This document shows, piece by piece, positions 47,061 through 57,500 of a stretch of DNA of 64,000 nucleotides. Within the stretch, counting starts at the first letter, position 1, and each line of letters begins with the position of its first letter. The translations under genes and the position numbers were made by a program. The notes under the pieces were generated by a model, which saw only the letters and a list, made by a program, of their open reading frames with translations, was not told the DNA's origin and searched no databases. Source of the stretch: Parcubacteria group bacterium (lineage in GTDB: Bacteria; Patescibacteriota; Minisyncoccia; Moranbacterales; GCA-2747515); assembly GCA_041660065.1 (NCBI GenBank), contig JBAZXC010000003.1, forward strand, positions 1,495-65,494, in the 5' to 3' direction.

Positions 47061-47747
47061 ATGGACAGAAAAATAATAACACTCAAAAACGCATATATAT
47101 TTTTAGGCTTTGTTTTAGTAGTGACCACGGTTCTGACTCCTTTGATGGTCCGTAGTGGCATATCTTTTGTTGAGGAAGAAACGGTGGAGGTTATCATGAT
47201 CATTACTCAGTTTATCATTGGTTTTGTTATCTACAGGATGTATAGGAATGAGATGGAAGTATTGGACTATCGATCTAAAGAGGCAGTAAGACATATAGGA
47301 ACTACCAATGTTGAAATACAGAGTTTACGAAAGATCTTTGATGATGTGCAGAAATACCCAAGAAGTTCACATGAGTTTGGCAAGGTAATGGCTGATCTGA
47401 CGAAAATTGTCGCGGGAATAACAAAGGCGGATCATGTGCTATTGAGAATCATAGACATTGAGGAAGCCAGGACTGTTACTGAAAAGGAATTAAAAAACAA
47501 TGAAAGCTTGTCGCATATTGGAAACAAGGAACTTATCGATGGACTGGTCAAGGATGGTTTTTTCGTCGTCTCATCTCGTCAAGATGTTCTCAGTGTAAAG
47601 GTTTTTTGCATTTTCAATGCTGACATAAATGATCGACAAAGAGATATGCTACAACGAATCGTTGAGGAAGTGGAGATGATCTATGTACTTTTTTCTTTTT
47701 GGCGGGGGACAAAAGCGGTTGAAATACAGTCCAAACGCATCGTCTGA
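47061..47747 (+). CDS. hypothetical membrane protein
   Basis: Two N-terminal TM segments. Confidence 0.4.
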   Translation: MDRKIITLKNAYIFLGFVLVVTTVLTPLMVRSGISFVEEETVEVIMIITQFIIGFVIYRMYRNEMEVLDYRSKEAVRHIGTTNVEIQSLRKIFDDVQKYPRSSHEFGKVMADLTKIVAGITKADHVLLRIIDIEEARTVTEKELKNNESLSHIGNKELIDGLVKDGFFVVSSRQDVLSVKVFCIFNADINDRQRDMLQRIVEEVEMIYVLFSFWRGTKAVEIQSKRIV

Positions 47748-47829
47748 TATTTTTGGAGATGATATTGTAAGACCACTTGAACCTTGATGGTACAAGTCTT
47801 GACATTACAAAGTGGTGTAGAGGCATTTT

Positions 47830-48240
47830 TTGGTGTATGATATAATCATAAGAATTAAAAATACAACAATGAATGACGCACAAATCTTTCAAATTTTTGG
47901 GATCGGATTATTCTTGATCGGTCTCGCATGGGTAATTGATGGCAAAGCGTACAAACAAACATTAAGAGATATACTAAATAACAGGGGAGTCCTTCTTCTG
48001 ATGGGACTGTTTGCTCTTATTACAGGATATCTCATTGTCGCGCTATATGATACGGACTCCATCATTGTTACCATACTTGGATGGGTAGCTCTTGTAAAAG
48101 GGTTATTTATCATCGTTATTCCTTCATTGGGGAAGAGTTTGTATGCTGCTTTAGAAAATATAAAAAAATATCTCATCATCATGCCGTGGATCGTTCTTGC
48201 TATGGGAGCGGCGTTGATCTACGCAGGATATTTCGCGTAA
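47830..48240 (+). CDS. hypothetical membrane protein (4 TM)
   Basis: Hydrophobic throughout. A bidirectional terminator follows at 48290-48325. Confidence 0.4.
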   Translation: MVYDIIIRIKNTTMNDAQIFQIFGIGLFLIGLAWVIDGKAYKQTLRDILNNRGVLLLMGLFALITGYLIVALYDTDSIIVTILGWVALVKGLFIIVIPSLGKSLYAALENIKKYLIIMPWIVLAMGAALIYAGYFA

Positions 48241-48344
48241 GTCCTAATTTGGAAAATTTTTTACAATAGCGAAGTTAAAGGAATCAAAAGAAAAACACCC
48301 AATATATGTTGGGTGTTTTTCTTATGTAGTTATCGTTTATGCTT

Positions 48345-48584
48345 TTATCGCAAGGCTCTTACAATGGTGATGAGTACTATCGCTCCGAGTAAGGCTACCA
48401 AGAAACTATAGAGGTTGAAGCCGGTAACTCCGCCTTCCCCCAAAAAGCTCATGAGCCATCCGCCTAAAACCGATCCCACAATGCCCAAAATAATGTCTAA
48501 GATCAAACCCTCGTTGGTCCCCATGATCATAGAGGCGATCCACCCCACAATTGCCCCAAAGACGATCCATAGAATGATTCCCAT
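48345..48584 (-). CDS. GlsB/YeaQ/YmgE-family transglycosylase-associated small membrane protein
   Basis: 'MGIILWIVFGAIVGWIASMIMG...GVTGFNLYSFLVALLGAIVLI' is the family signature. Confidence 0.65.
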   Translation of the reverse strand: MGIILWIVFGAIVGWIASMIMGTNEGLILDIILGIVGSVLGGWLMSFLGEGGVTGFNLYSFLVALLGAIVLITIVRALR

Positions 48585-48609
48585 ATGTATTATGTGATGA
48601 TATAAATTA

Positions 48610-48963
48610 TTATTCTTGGTCGTTCAATTTTGTTGCCGCTTCGGTCGTTGATACCGTTTTGCCCATGAGAAATAATTTGATGATGCCCACGGCCAAGAGC
48701 CAATATACCAACATCGCCAAAAGCGTTGTCCACTCAAAAATACTACCTGCAATCTTTGTGATATGAAATACGCTGAGAAATGGCGCTACGAAAAAATGCG
48801 TTATGCTATAGATAAAATTGGTAAATCCGGCAATAGGATTTGCGCCCAATAATTTCAAGACAAACCGAAAAACAAGTAATGCTTCCAGTATACTTAAAAC
48901 GTACCAAACGATTTGCGTTCCTCTGTACAATGGTTTTGTGCTTGGAGAATTTGATGAATCCAT
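48610..48963 (-). CDS. small membrane protein (YggT-like?)
   Basis: 3 TM. Only weak resemblance to YggT. Confidence 0.35.
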   Translation of the reverse strand: MDSSNSPSTKPLYRGTQIVWYVLSILEALLVFRFVLKLLGANPIAGFTNFIYSITHFFVAPFLSVFHITKIAGSIFEWTTLLAMLVYWLLAVGIIKLFLMGKTVSTTEAATKLNDQE

Positions 48964-49237
48964 GTGATTATGTTAAAAATAAAAACCTTTCTTCCTCTTT
49001 GATATTTTGTCTACATGACGCTACGACCTTGCAACATGCGTATGACAAGCAAAATGATCGCAACGATTATCAGGATATGGAGAAGTCCACCCAGCGTGTG
49101 CGATGTGATCAGTCCCAAAATCCAGAGAAAGAACAGAGTCACAATTATTGCCCACATAATTTGTCAAAAGTTAATTACACCGATAGTACACAAAAAAATG
49201 GCTTTTTATTTCAATTTTATGAAAGACGTCGTATGGA

Positions 49238-50182
49238 TTGATTTTTTTGGACAGGTGTTTGAAGGTGCTGTTTTTGCGTGGTACAATGGTAGCATATAAA
49301 TACAAATACAAAGAGATGAAAAAAATTCCAATCTATACAAAACTTCTGGTGGTGTTTCCCCTGTTCTTTCTGATGGCAATTGTCATTGATGGAGGCACGA
49401 ATTTTGATTTTTCGGAGGTGATCGCGTATGTGGTGTTGATCATTACGGTTTTTAGTTTCGGTCTGTATATCGTTTTTTCTATGGAGAACAGGCGGGATCG
49501 CATAAACACGATCAAGATTACTTTGCGCGATCAAGATGCGCGATTATTCAATCTCTATCAATTCTCGCAATATTTCGATCCTGCCGTTACTATTGCAGTG
49601 AGAAACCAGATCGATCAGTATTTGATCGCACAAATCGATTGGAAGCTCGAAGACATCGGCAAATCGAGCAAAAACCTCTCATATATCTTTGGCATGGTGA
49701 GGGGCATCAAAGCGGTTGGCGCAGAACAGGAGATGATCAAAGAAAAAATGCTTGATAACTTGCAGGAGATCAGTATTCTTTTGAAAGAGTCCGCATTTCA
49801 AGTAAAGAATAAAATGAGCGGTTATGAATGGGGGAGCTTGTTATTTCTTTTTGGGATCATCTTGTTCGCATTGTTTTATGAGAACGTCGGATCACCCATT
49901 GCGGCGTTAGTGATCGCGATCATTGCATCGACATTGGCATTGTCATTATTTATCTTGAGTGAATATGATTCATTGCAATGGCAAGAGCAAAAATGGATCT
50001 GGGAGCCGTTGGTAGAGTTGTTTCAGGATTTGGATTTGGTGCCATATTTTCCTGGTGTACTTTTTTGGGAAAATCGTGTGAATATAAAAAAGATCGACGG
50101 TCTGAAAAAGGCGCGCATTGCCAAATACAAACATCCCTATCCGAATGTTCACGATAAAGAAGTGGAGGAAGTTTGCTTATAA
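49238..50182 (+). CDS. hypothetical membrane protein; start uncertain
   Basis: Several TM segments. Confidence 0.4.
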   Translation: MIFLDRCLKVLFLRGTMVAYKYKYKEMKKIPIYTKLLVVFPLFFLMAIVIDGGTNFDFSEVIAYVVLIITVFSFGLYIVFSMENRRDRINTIKITLRDQDARLFNLYQFSQYFDPAVTIAVRNQIDQYLIAQIDWKLEDIGKSSKNLSYIFGMVRGIKAVGAEQEMIKEKMLDNLQEISILLKESAFQVKNKMSGYEWGSLLFLFGIILFALFYENVGSPIAALVIAIIASTLALSLFILSEYDSLQWQEQKWIWEPLVELFQDLDLVPYFPGVLFWENRVNIKKIDGLKKARIAKYKHPYPNVHDKEVEEVCL

Positions 50183-50234
50183 GTGGAACGGTGGATAGAT
50201 TCCGGATTACGTTCGTAATGGGAATTTTTTATGG

Positions 50235-52085
50235 CTATGCAGCGGATTTCCCGTTTCCATTTTTTGCATTGAGAGTGCACAGACTTTCTAAATAGACGTT
50301 TTCCCATATCTCGCGATCTGCTTTTTGTTGCGGCGTATATGCATTTCCCTTGTTTTTTCTTAATGCAGTGAGAAATTCTTTTTTTCTTGTAGCATCAAAT
50401 CCTTTTGTTTTTTCGTCAATTTTTTCTTTGTAAATGCGACGCAGAGTGACGCTCTGATTTTTCAAAATAGAAAAAACATTCTCGGTCGGTATATTTTTCT
50501 TGGCAAATCTTTCACGCAAAGATGCGGTTGTAAAATCTTTGTTTTCCGCTATATCTGTCATAATCTCTTTTGCAAGGTCATTTGTCCTCAATGCTTTTTG
50601 GAGGGATGGCGGAATATCACGATCGTCGCCAGATAAGCGTGAAAGCAGGTCTTTCAGTCCGATTTGTAGGGGCTTGTCATTATTTGGGTACATCCACATA
50701 TGTTCGCGTACCATAAGTCCATCTCTTTTTTCATCAAGAGCCGGACCGAATGTCATTGCATTTTTTGTGTAAATTACAAAGGAGTTTTGTTCAGGCGACC
50801 AAATCATGTAAGCGCCATACTTTGGTTTGCCATCGGGGTCTTTCTCATTGAATACGGATAATTGTGCGGAAGCGCCTGATCCTGATACACGGTTATATGC
50901 CCGTCCATTTGTTAGCACTTTCTTTGGATCAATTAAAATTTTACCAAAGTGATTTGCTCCAGAATCAAACACTAATCCTTCGCGCTCCAATTCAGCGATA
51001 TCTCTCTTTGCATTTTCCATGTGATTTTCTATCTCTTTACTGAGTGTTTCCAGTGTTTTTTTCTGTCCATCCCGCATTGTGTATTCATGTTGTGCAAGAT
51101 ATTCTGGCTCCAATGGTTGTGCGGGATCGGTATTATTTTTGAATAATGCGATCACATCGTGCACTTCCAGAGCATTGGCCAAACCGTAGAGATTTTTGGG
51201 ATAATTGGCACAGATCGCATTCCACTGATCCTGGGGGATATCAAAGTTATCCATGCGCGTGACAAAGTCCACGTACTGATCCAAATACGGTTCACGTGTC
51301 AAAAGACCCATATCAACAAGTGTTTCATATACAAATTTTGTCGCGGAAGTGCCACGCGTAGACTTGTCTTTATCATGATGATCAAAGATCAAGACCTTGC
51401 CACCATTTTCAGACAATACACCGTCTCGTCCTGATGTATCCATGATGATGCCGCTTTCGAGAGTGTCTCCTTTCGGCAAAAAAGTTACTTTATCACGATC
51501 TATTTTTATACCAGCCAGATCCATCAACATGAGACAACTCTCTCCGTCCAGGTCGGATTCCTTGGCCCATGTTTTTCCACCATCTCCGCTCATGCCATGG
51601 ACCGCAAATTCTGTCCACAGATTTCGCGTGAGTTCCAAAAACTTTTTATCGCCAGCATCCTCTGTTTCCGCATACAAATCCGCGTATGTCTGATGAGGAG
51701 AATTTTCCAATTTGTGGATCGTGTGCCATGCGGCAGCGCGGGTATGTGCATAGTCCGTCTTATATTTGTCCATGATGTCGTTCTCGGGTGTATCGTCTTG
51801 CACACGTTCAGTCGGCGTATCATTTTGTGTGTCTGTTGCAACCGTAATTTCTGGGGCGGGTTGTCCAATTTTTGCGGAGACTGGTCGGTCGGTCTGCGAG
51901 TCGTCTGCAATTTTTGGTTCTGGCGTAGTAGTTTTTTCTCTTTCTATACGATCATACAGTTCTTTTTCTCTTACTACCGCGGCCTCACGTTGGCTCAATA
52001 ATAATCCCTGACGTGATTTTTCTTTTGCTGCCTCTGCCTCCGCAGAAACTTTATTGTAGATCTGATTCCAATTGTGATTTTCCAT
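50235..52085 (-). CDS. hypothetical protein (616 aa) with a possible DHH-like phosphoesterase motif
   Basis: 'GGKVLIFDHHDKD' and an upstream 'CLMLMDLAGI' resemble DHH motifs III and II. The N-terminal about 120 aa are low-complexity and acidic. Confidence 0.4.
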   Translation of the reverse strand: MENHNWNQIYNKVSAEAEAAKEKSRQGLLLSQREAAVVREKELYDRIEREKTTTPEPKIADDSQTDRPVSAKIGQPAPEITVATDTQNDTPTERVQDDTPENDIMDKYKTDYAHTRAAAWHTIHKLENSPHQTYADLYAETEDAGDKKFLELTRNLWTEFAVHGMSGDGGKTWAKESDLDGESCLMLMDLAGIKIDRDKVTFLPKGDTLESGIIMDTSGRDGVLSENGGKVLIFDHHDKDKSTRGTSATKFVYETLVDMGLLTREPYLDQYVDFVTRMDNFDIPQDQWNAICANYPKNLYGLANALEVHDVIALFKNNTDPAQPLEPEYLAQHEYTMRDGQKKTLETLSKEIENHMENAKRDIAELEREGLVFDSGANHFGKILIDPKKVLTNGRAYNRVSGSGASAQLSVFNEKDPDGKPKYGAYMIWSPEQNSFVIYTKNAMTFGPALDEKRDGLMVREHMWMYPNNDKPLQIGLKDLLSRLSGDDRDIPPSLQKALRTNDLAKEIMTDIAENKDFTTASLRERFAKKNIPTENVFSILKNQSVTLRRIYKEKIDEKTKGFDATRKKEFLTALRKNKGNAYTPQQKADREIWENVYLESLCTLNAKNGNGKSAA

Positions 52086-52161
52086 AGCATTAGATCATTA
52101 GTGGATATTAGTAAGTATACACTACTTTTCTTTTTGTAAAAAAGTGTTTTATATATGTCCA

Positions 52162-52190
52162 TTGACAAAAATAGGTATGTGACATATAAT
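52162..52190 (+). promoter_or_regulatory. consensus sigma-70-like promoter (TTGACA, 17 nt, TATAAT) embedded in a palindrome atatgtc...gacatat (probable MarR operator)
   Basis: ttgaca 52162-52167 and tataat 52185-52190. Inverted repeat atatgtc (52151-52157) / gacatat (52181-52187). Confidence 0.5.
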
Positions 52191-52216
52191 TGATATATCA
52201 AATATTAATCAAACAT

Positions 52217-52654
52217 ATGACAAAGAAAATTACATTAGGTAACGATGCAAAGTTTTTTATCGATCTCGCAAAGATCCATGCGATCATGCAGAGGCGTTTT
52301 GATAATGGTTTGGGTGGCCTGGGATTCAATGAATTTATCATCCTTTTTCATCTGAGCCAAGCGGAAAATGAGACGATGCGCAGGATCGATCTGGCAGAGA
52401 AAGTTGGTCTGACAGCATCCGGCATTACACGGTTGCTTTTGCCTATGGAGAAGATCGGCTTGGTCAAAAAAGAGGTCAACGATCATGATGCACGCGTAAG
52501 CTTGATCAGTATTGCCTCCGGAGGAAAACAGAAATTCATTGAGGCAATCGAAAGGGCGGATGTCATCGTGGATGACATTTTCTCCGCGGAGCAAAAGAAA
52601 GAGATCAAAAAAATTGCAGGTGTAGTGGCTACTATACAAAAAAATCTTCGGTGA
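52217..52654 (+). CDS. MarR-family transcriptional regulator
   Basis: wHTH 'ETMRRIDLAEKVGLTASGITRLLLPMEKIGLVKKEVNDHDARVSLISIASGG'. The start was set at the Met after the promoter. Confidence 0.65.
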   Translation: MTKKITLGNDAKFFIDLAKIHAIMQRRFDNGLGGLGFNEFIILFHLSQAENETMRRIDLAEKVGLTASGITRLLLPMEKIGLVKKEVNDHDARVSLISIASGGKQKFIEAIERADVIVDDIFSAEQKKEIKKIAGVVATIQKNLR

Positions 52655-52655
52655 G

Positions 52656-53549
52656 TTATTTCTCGGGAAGCTTTTGGGGAATGGAAGAATGGATATGTGA
52701 TGCGAGAAATGTGTATGCGCCTTGGACTTCATGCGATTCGGATGTGATGCCGGGAAATCTATTGACCTCAAGGACGTAGGGGAGGCCGGTATTTTTATCA
52801 ATAATGATATCAGTGCGCGACCATGAAAGTCCGAGTAGGTCACTGGCATCAATTGCCATTTTTTTGATGTTTTCCGGTATATCCTTTATGTTTACAAAAC
52901 ATTCCTTTGCACCATTGCAGGTGTTGTTTCTGAATTCTCCGCCGGTTGGATAACTTTTCTCTCCTGCGACAACAACGCCGTTTGCTACCATGATGCCCCA
53001 ATCGTACTCATTGGGGATAAATCGTTGGAAGAGAAATTTTTTGCTCTTTGGCAATGTCGTCATTTTTTCCAAGAGTTCTGCTTCTGAGGAGATGAATGCG
53101 GAGTGTTTTCCTTGGCATCCTCTGATATCTTTTACGATCAAAGGAAAACTGCACACTTCTTTAATAAGAGACAGATGTTTTTCGACTCTCGAACGACTGA
53201 CGAAAACAGTGTCCGGCATCGGAAGACCGTTTAATGCAAATGCCATGCAATCAGTTACTTTTGATGAGCTTTTTTCAACGTAGGAGTGGGGCGTTTTTGT
53301 GTGGTTGAAATAAAGATTGATCGCATAAGCAATGTCGCGCTGGCTCCATCCGGAACTCAACCATACGAAAGAAAACGTGCTTGTATCGACATCATTATGC
53401 AAAACGCGCACTTTCCCATTATGCATAAAAATTACAATGTTGGGATAGGATCCTTTTGTGAGCGCAATGGGAAAAGGAAATTTTTTGATAACCTGCCGTG
53501 TGTTTTTGACAGTAGGGAGACTAAGAAGTGTAAAAGGTTTTTCTGTCAT
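52656..53549 (-). CDS. ATP-grasp domain protein (RimK/glutathione-synthetase-like)
   Basis: 'FPLIVKDIRGCQGKHSAFISSEAELLE...LFQRFIP...LEVNRFPGI'. Confidence 0.65.
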   Translation of the reverse strand: MTEKPFTLLSLPTVKNTRQVIKKFPFPIALTKGSYPNIVIFMHNGKVRVLHNDVDTSTFSFVWLSSGWSQRDIAYAINLYFNHTKTPHSYVEKSSSKVTDCMAFALNGLPMPDTVFVSRSRVEKHLSLIKEVCSFPLIVKDIRGCQGKHSAFISSEAELLEKMTTLPKSKKFLFQRFIPNEYDWGIMVANGVVVAGEKSYPTGGEFRNNTCNGAKECFVNIKDIPENIKKMAIDASDLLGLSWSRTDIIIDKNTGLPYVLEVNRFPGITSESHEVQGAYTFLASHIHSSIPQKLPEK

Positions 53550-53779
53550 GGGAGTGAGAGATTAAAGAGTAAGAGATTTCTCGTTTGCAGGCCTTTTTAA
53601 AATGCATATGTGCAAAGAAGAAAGAATGACTTTAAGATCAAAGTAATGAAATCAACTTATTATACAATGATTCTAACTTTTTGTCCAATGTTTGACATAA
53701 TATGAGTCACCTTGCTATGATAATGTCAGTTACTTACTAATAAAACTCATGAGATCAATTTAGTTAGGGGAGGTGATGT

Positions 53780-54010
53780 ATGCAGACAGAATTGCCGATC
53801 ATATCGACGATCCAAAAGTTTGAAATTACTCTCAGGAGTGGAGAGAGTAAAGCTGTTTATCTGCAGTTTTTGGGTGATCCGTCAAATCAGGAAAAATGTA
53901 GCATGTGCAATCATCCATTTGCCAATGGTCTGTGGATGGGTAATATTAAAATGGCTAATGGGAATCTTTCTATAAAACGTTGTCCACGATGTGAAAATTT
54001 GTACACGTAA
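53780..54010 (+). CDS. small Cys-containing (zinc-ribbon-like) hypothetical protein
   Basis: Strong SD 'ggggaggtga'. 'CSMCNH...CPRCEN'. Confidence 0.35.
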   Translation: MQTELPIISTIQKFEITLRSGESKAVYLQFLGDPSNQEKCSMCNHPFANGLWMGNIKMANGNLSIKRCPRCENLYT

Positions 54011-54080
54011 TGAAATTGAATCATCCAAAAAAAGTCGTCAGCTCTATATAGATTGGCGACTTTTTTATTATCGACTGAGT

Positions 54081-54848
54081 CTAGACTTCAATTTTAGAAA
54101 AGAGATAACTGCCGATCGTAAGTGTGATAAAAGCAAAAAGGGAAAGGACAAAAAAATCAGTATGCAAAGTGAAGTGTATTTGACCGGTGAGCACGGCACG
54201 AATGCCATCTACGCCGTAAGAGAGAGGGTTGACATAGGTGATGGTCTGGATTGCTTTAGGAAGGCCACTCAGAGGAAAGAGTGCACCAGAAAGGAAAAAT
54301 AGAGGCATAATGAGGAAATTGATGATAAGTGGGAACGCCTGCATATCTTCCATCGGTGAAGCAATGGCTGTACCAAGTGCGGTAAAAAATGTTGCAATCA
54401 ACACCATATAAATGATTGCAAGCGGAGCGATAAAATAATTTTCCGGTCGAAATCCCACGAGGAGCGCGATCAAAAAAACGATAATGCCTTGCGCCGTCGC
54501 GACAGTTGCACCGCCAAAGGTGCGTCCCAGCATGATCGTCCAGCGAGGTACCGGAGCGACAAGGGTCTCTTTGAGAAATCCGAATTGTCTGTCGTAGATC
54601 ACTTCAATGCCGGCAAACATTGCTGTAAAAATGATGCTCATGGAAATAATACCTGGAGCGATGAATTGGATATAATTGCCACCGCCCGCTGCTTGGTAGA
54701 TTGGCCCGAAGCCAAATCCGAGTGCCACCAAAAAAAGGATTGGTTGGGCGAGAGAGCCAAACATGCGCGCACGTGAGCGGTAATATCTTTTGATCTGGCG
54801 AAGCCACAGGATATAAATGACTTTTGCATATTGTTTTATCTTCTCCAT
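54081..54848 (-). CDS. ABC-2 type transporter permease
   Basis: Six hydrophobic segments. It overlaps the start of the downstream ATPase gene. Confidence 0.7.
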   Translation of the reverse strand: MEKIKQYAKVIYILWLRQIKRYYRSRARMFGSLAQPILFLVALGFGFGPIYQAAGGGNYIQFIAPGIISMSIIFTAMFAGIEVIYDRQFGFLKETLVAPVPRWTIMLGRTFGGATVATAQGIIVFLIALLVGFRPENYFIAPLAIIYMVLIATFFTALGTAIASPMEDMQAFPLIINFLIMPLFFLSGALFPLSGLPKAIQTITYVNPLSYGVDGIRAVLTGQIHFTLHTDFFVLSLFAFITLTIGSYLFSKIEV

Positions 54849-55624
54849 ACACGTCGCATATTTCTTAAGTGATCAATGCCTTTGGCGCCTTCTTCGCGAA
54901 TTTGCTTGCCTGTGAGTTGCAGGAAGGCGTCTTCGAGAGTGTCTGTTTTTGTTTGATCTTTGAGTGTCTGTGCTGTGCCTTCCGCGACAATTGTGCCATT
55001 ATCGATGATTGCGATCCGATCCGCCATACGGTCGGCTTCTTCCATATAATGGGTGCTAAAAAATACCGTGATTCCTTCCTTTTGATTCATATCTCTGATG
55101 TAACTCCATAGATGATTTCTCGTTTGCGGATCGAGCCCGAGTGTCGGTTCATCGAGGAAAATGATCTGCGGGTGATGGAGTAGTCCGCGTGCGATCTCCA
55201 AACGTCGCTTCATGCCGCCGGAAAATTCTTTGACAAGGTCATCGCGACGTTTTTCCAGCTCAACAATTTTGAGAAGTTCTTCAATGCGGATGTGTCGAAT
55301 CTTTTTTGGTACGTTATAAAGTACGCCGTGAAATTCCAGATTTTCAAAAGCAGTCAATTCGTCATCAAGACTCGGATCTTGAAAAATGATGCCAAATGAA
55401 CGCCGGACATTGTCCGGATCAGTGGCGGGATCAAATCCATTGATCAATATTTTTCCACTGGTCGGTTGCAAAAGAGTGGTGAACATCTTGATCGTGGTAG
55501 TTTTGCCTGCGCCGTTGGGTCCGAGAAAGGCAAAAATCTCTCCTTTTTCTACATTAAAAGAGATGTCATCTACTGCTGTGATGTCATCAAATTTTTTGAC
55601 CAAGTTTTTGACCTCGATAATATT
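54836..55624 (-). CDS. ABC transporter ATP-binding protein
   Basis: Walker A 'GPNGAGKTTTI', signature 'LSGGMKRRLEIARGL', Walker B 'IIFLDEPTLGLD'. The start was set at the internal Met 'MNIIEVKNL'. Confidence 0.8.
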   Translation of the reverse strand, partial: NIIEVKNLVKKFDDITAVDDISFNVEKGEIFAFLGPNGAGKTTTIKMFTTLLQPTSGKILINGFDPATDPDNVRRSFGIIFQDPSLDDELTAFENLEFHGVLYNVPKKIRHIRIEELLKIVELEKRRDDLVKEFSGGMKRRLEIARGLLHHPQIIFLDEPTLGLDPQTRNHLWSYIRDMNQKEGITVFFSTHYMEEADRMADRIAIIDNGTIVAEGTAQTLKDQTKTDTLEDAFLQLTGKQIREEGAKGIDHLRNMRRVWRR

Positions 55625-55726
55625 CATCCTCTCATTATACCGTATATATAAAGACGTATCAATGCAACGCAAGAAAATAAAAACTGCCAGAAATAGTTTT
55701 GCTAATACTGGCAGCGTTTTTATACG

Positions 55727-56014
55727 TCAGATGACTCTGTAGCCTATAAGCGTATCTGATCCGTCGTATGGACGTAAAAAACCTTCGTGAGGAACAGATA
55801 ATTCTTCGATGGTCATGTAGGTTTTTGCCTTGCCAAATCCTGCGAAGAGTTCATAAGTATGAATGAGTGAAAATTGGGGAGGAAAAAGCGATGTGTCAAA
55901 ATTTCCTATGAAGTCTCCTTTTTGCGATCTTTTCTTTTTTAAAACGATCTCATAAACGCCATCCACCAAAAAAACCTCTTTTCCCATCAATTCGATCAAT
56001 TTAATGTATCTCAT
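55727..56014 (-). CDS. hypothetical protein
   Basis: 95-aa ORF. Confidence 0.3.
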   Translation of the reverse strand: MRYIKLIELMGKEVFLVDGVYEIVLKKKRSQKGDFIGNFDTSLFPPQFSLIHTYELFAGFGKAKTYMTIEELSVPHEGFLRPYDGSDTLIGYRVI

Positions 56015-56035
56015 TTCTTTCTCCCATGATCATTG

Positions 56036-56602
56036 TTAATGTACTTTTTGTGATTTTTTCAACAAATATTCAAAAAAATCTTTTCCCCAGGCCAAGATCT
56101 TGCCATCTTTTTTCAAAAGTTTCTTTGCTTTCTTTTTGAATCGGACATACTCTCCTAAAAATTCGGTATCAATATCTTGCCAGATATCACCAACGATGCA
56201 ATCAAATTTTTTATTATCAGGCAGGTCATAAAAATCACACACGATGATCTTTCCCTCTAGGCGATCAAATTTTTTTACGGCGTTCAATACAGCGCTGTAT
56301 TTTTCTATGGTTACTACTGACACAACATTTGGATTTTCCAGTAAGAATTTTGTAACGATACCAAATCCATATCCGGCAACCAATACATCACCAAATGCCT
56401 GTTCGCTTAATCTTTTCTGCATTTTTTGTTCTCGTGGCGTATCCCACATCCACAGATCATCATCAATAAACAAAAAACGATTGTTTTTATGACGCAAAAT
56501 TTTTACTTTTTTCATAATAGGGTTGGTTTTATGCCTTAAGAGGTCGGAGCTTATGTGATTAATTAATTGTTCCAGTGTATCGATGAGATCATAATTTATC
56601 AA
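56036..56602 (-). CDS. class I SAM-dependent methyltransferase-like protein
   Basis: Motif I-like 'VLVAGYGFG' and an acidic motif 'VCDFYD'. Confidence 0.4.
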   Translation of the reverse strand: MINYDLIDTLEQLINHISSDLLRHKTNPIMKKVKILRHKNNRFLFIDDDLWMWDTPREQKMQKRLSEQAFGDVLVAGYGFGIVTKFLLENPNVVSVVTIEKYSAVLNAVKKFDRLEGKIIVCDFYDLPDNKKFDCIVGDIWQDIDTEFLGEYVRFKKKAKKLLKKDGKILAWGKDFFEYLLKKSQKVH

Positions 56603-56694
56603 TAGAAAATATCAAAATTATAATGTTCATTATAAATAAATCTTTATAATAAGCCATTATTTATCAAATTAGTCATAAATAATGTCACAAATAT

Positions 56695-56723
56695 TGACAT
56701 TTGATGCATTTTTGCTATGCTGG
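56695..56723 (+). promoter_or_regulatory. sigma-70-like promoter (TTGACA ... TATGCT)
   Basis: ttgaca at 56695-56700, 16-nt spacer, tatgct. Confidence 0.4.
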
Positions 56724-56727
56724 CACT

Positions 56728-57471
56728 ATGGAAAAGTTACAAAACACTCTCATAAGTTATGGACTGAGCACTAATGAGGCTAAAGTGTATTTGGCCATGG
56801 TGAATTTTGGGCACAGCACGATCGTGACTATCGCCAAGGAAACGGAGGTCAAAAGACCGACGGTGTATTTAACGATCGAAAGTCTGATAAAAAAAGAATT
56901 GATCAAAACGATCATCAAGGGAAAGAAAAAATATTATCTGCCGGAAGAACCGGAGAGACTATTGCGCATATTGGAATCAAAGAAGCGATCGATCGAAAAT
57001 ATCTTGCCGGACCTTAAAAACAACTATTTTAATAAGAGTGAAAAACCAAAGGTCGTTTCCTATGAAGGGAAGGATGGCATCAGAAAGATCTACGAAGAAA
57101 CAATCCGCAGTAAAACAGAGGTTCTTTGGTTTGGGTCGATGAAAGACGTCATGGAGGAATTTCGAGAGAGCTACAACAAAATTTGTCAGGAAGAATCTGC
57201 GTATTCAAAAGGTTCCAGGGAAATCGTCAACAACACCTCCTTTGATAGGAATTATGCCAAAAGGACAAACGACCGGAAAAATTCTAAATTCAGTGTCCGC
57301 GTCTTGCCCAATGCGCATCTTTTTTCCAGTGTGGATAATATTATTTATGATAATAAAGTGGCTATTCTATCGATCAAAAAAAATTATTATGGCGTAATCA
57401 TAGAGGACAGTGACATCGCAAATGCCTATCGGACGATGTTTGAACTGGCGTGGAAATCGGCTGTGAAATAA
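56728..57471 (+). CDS. TrmB-family transcriptional regulator
   Basis: N-terminal wHTH 'LISYGLSTNEAKVYLAMVNFGHSTIVTIAKETEVKRPTVYLTIESLIKKELI'. Confidence 0.55.
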   Translation: MEKLQNTLISYGLSTNEAKVYLAMVNFGHSTIVTIAKETEVKRPTVYLTIESLIKKELIKTIIKGKKKYYLPEEPERLLRILESKKRSIENILPDLKNNYFNKSEKPKVVSYEGKDGIRKIYEETIRSKTEVLWFGSMKDVMEEFRESYNKICQEESAYSKGSREIVNNTSFDRNYAKRTNDRKNSKFSVRVLPNAHLFSSVDNIIYDNKVAILSIKKNYYGVIIEDSDIANAYRTMFELAWKSAVK

Positions 57472-57500
57472 ATTTCGCTGTAACAAAAACCATATATTTT

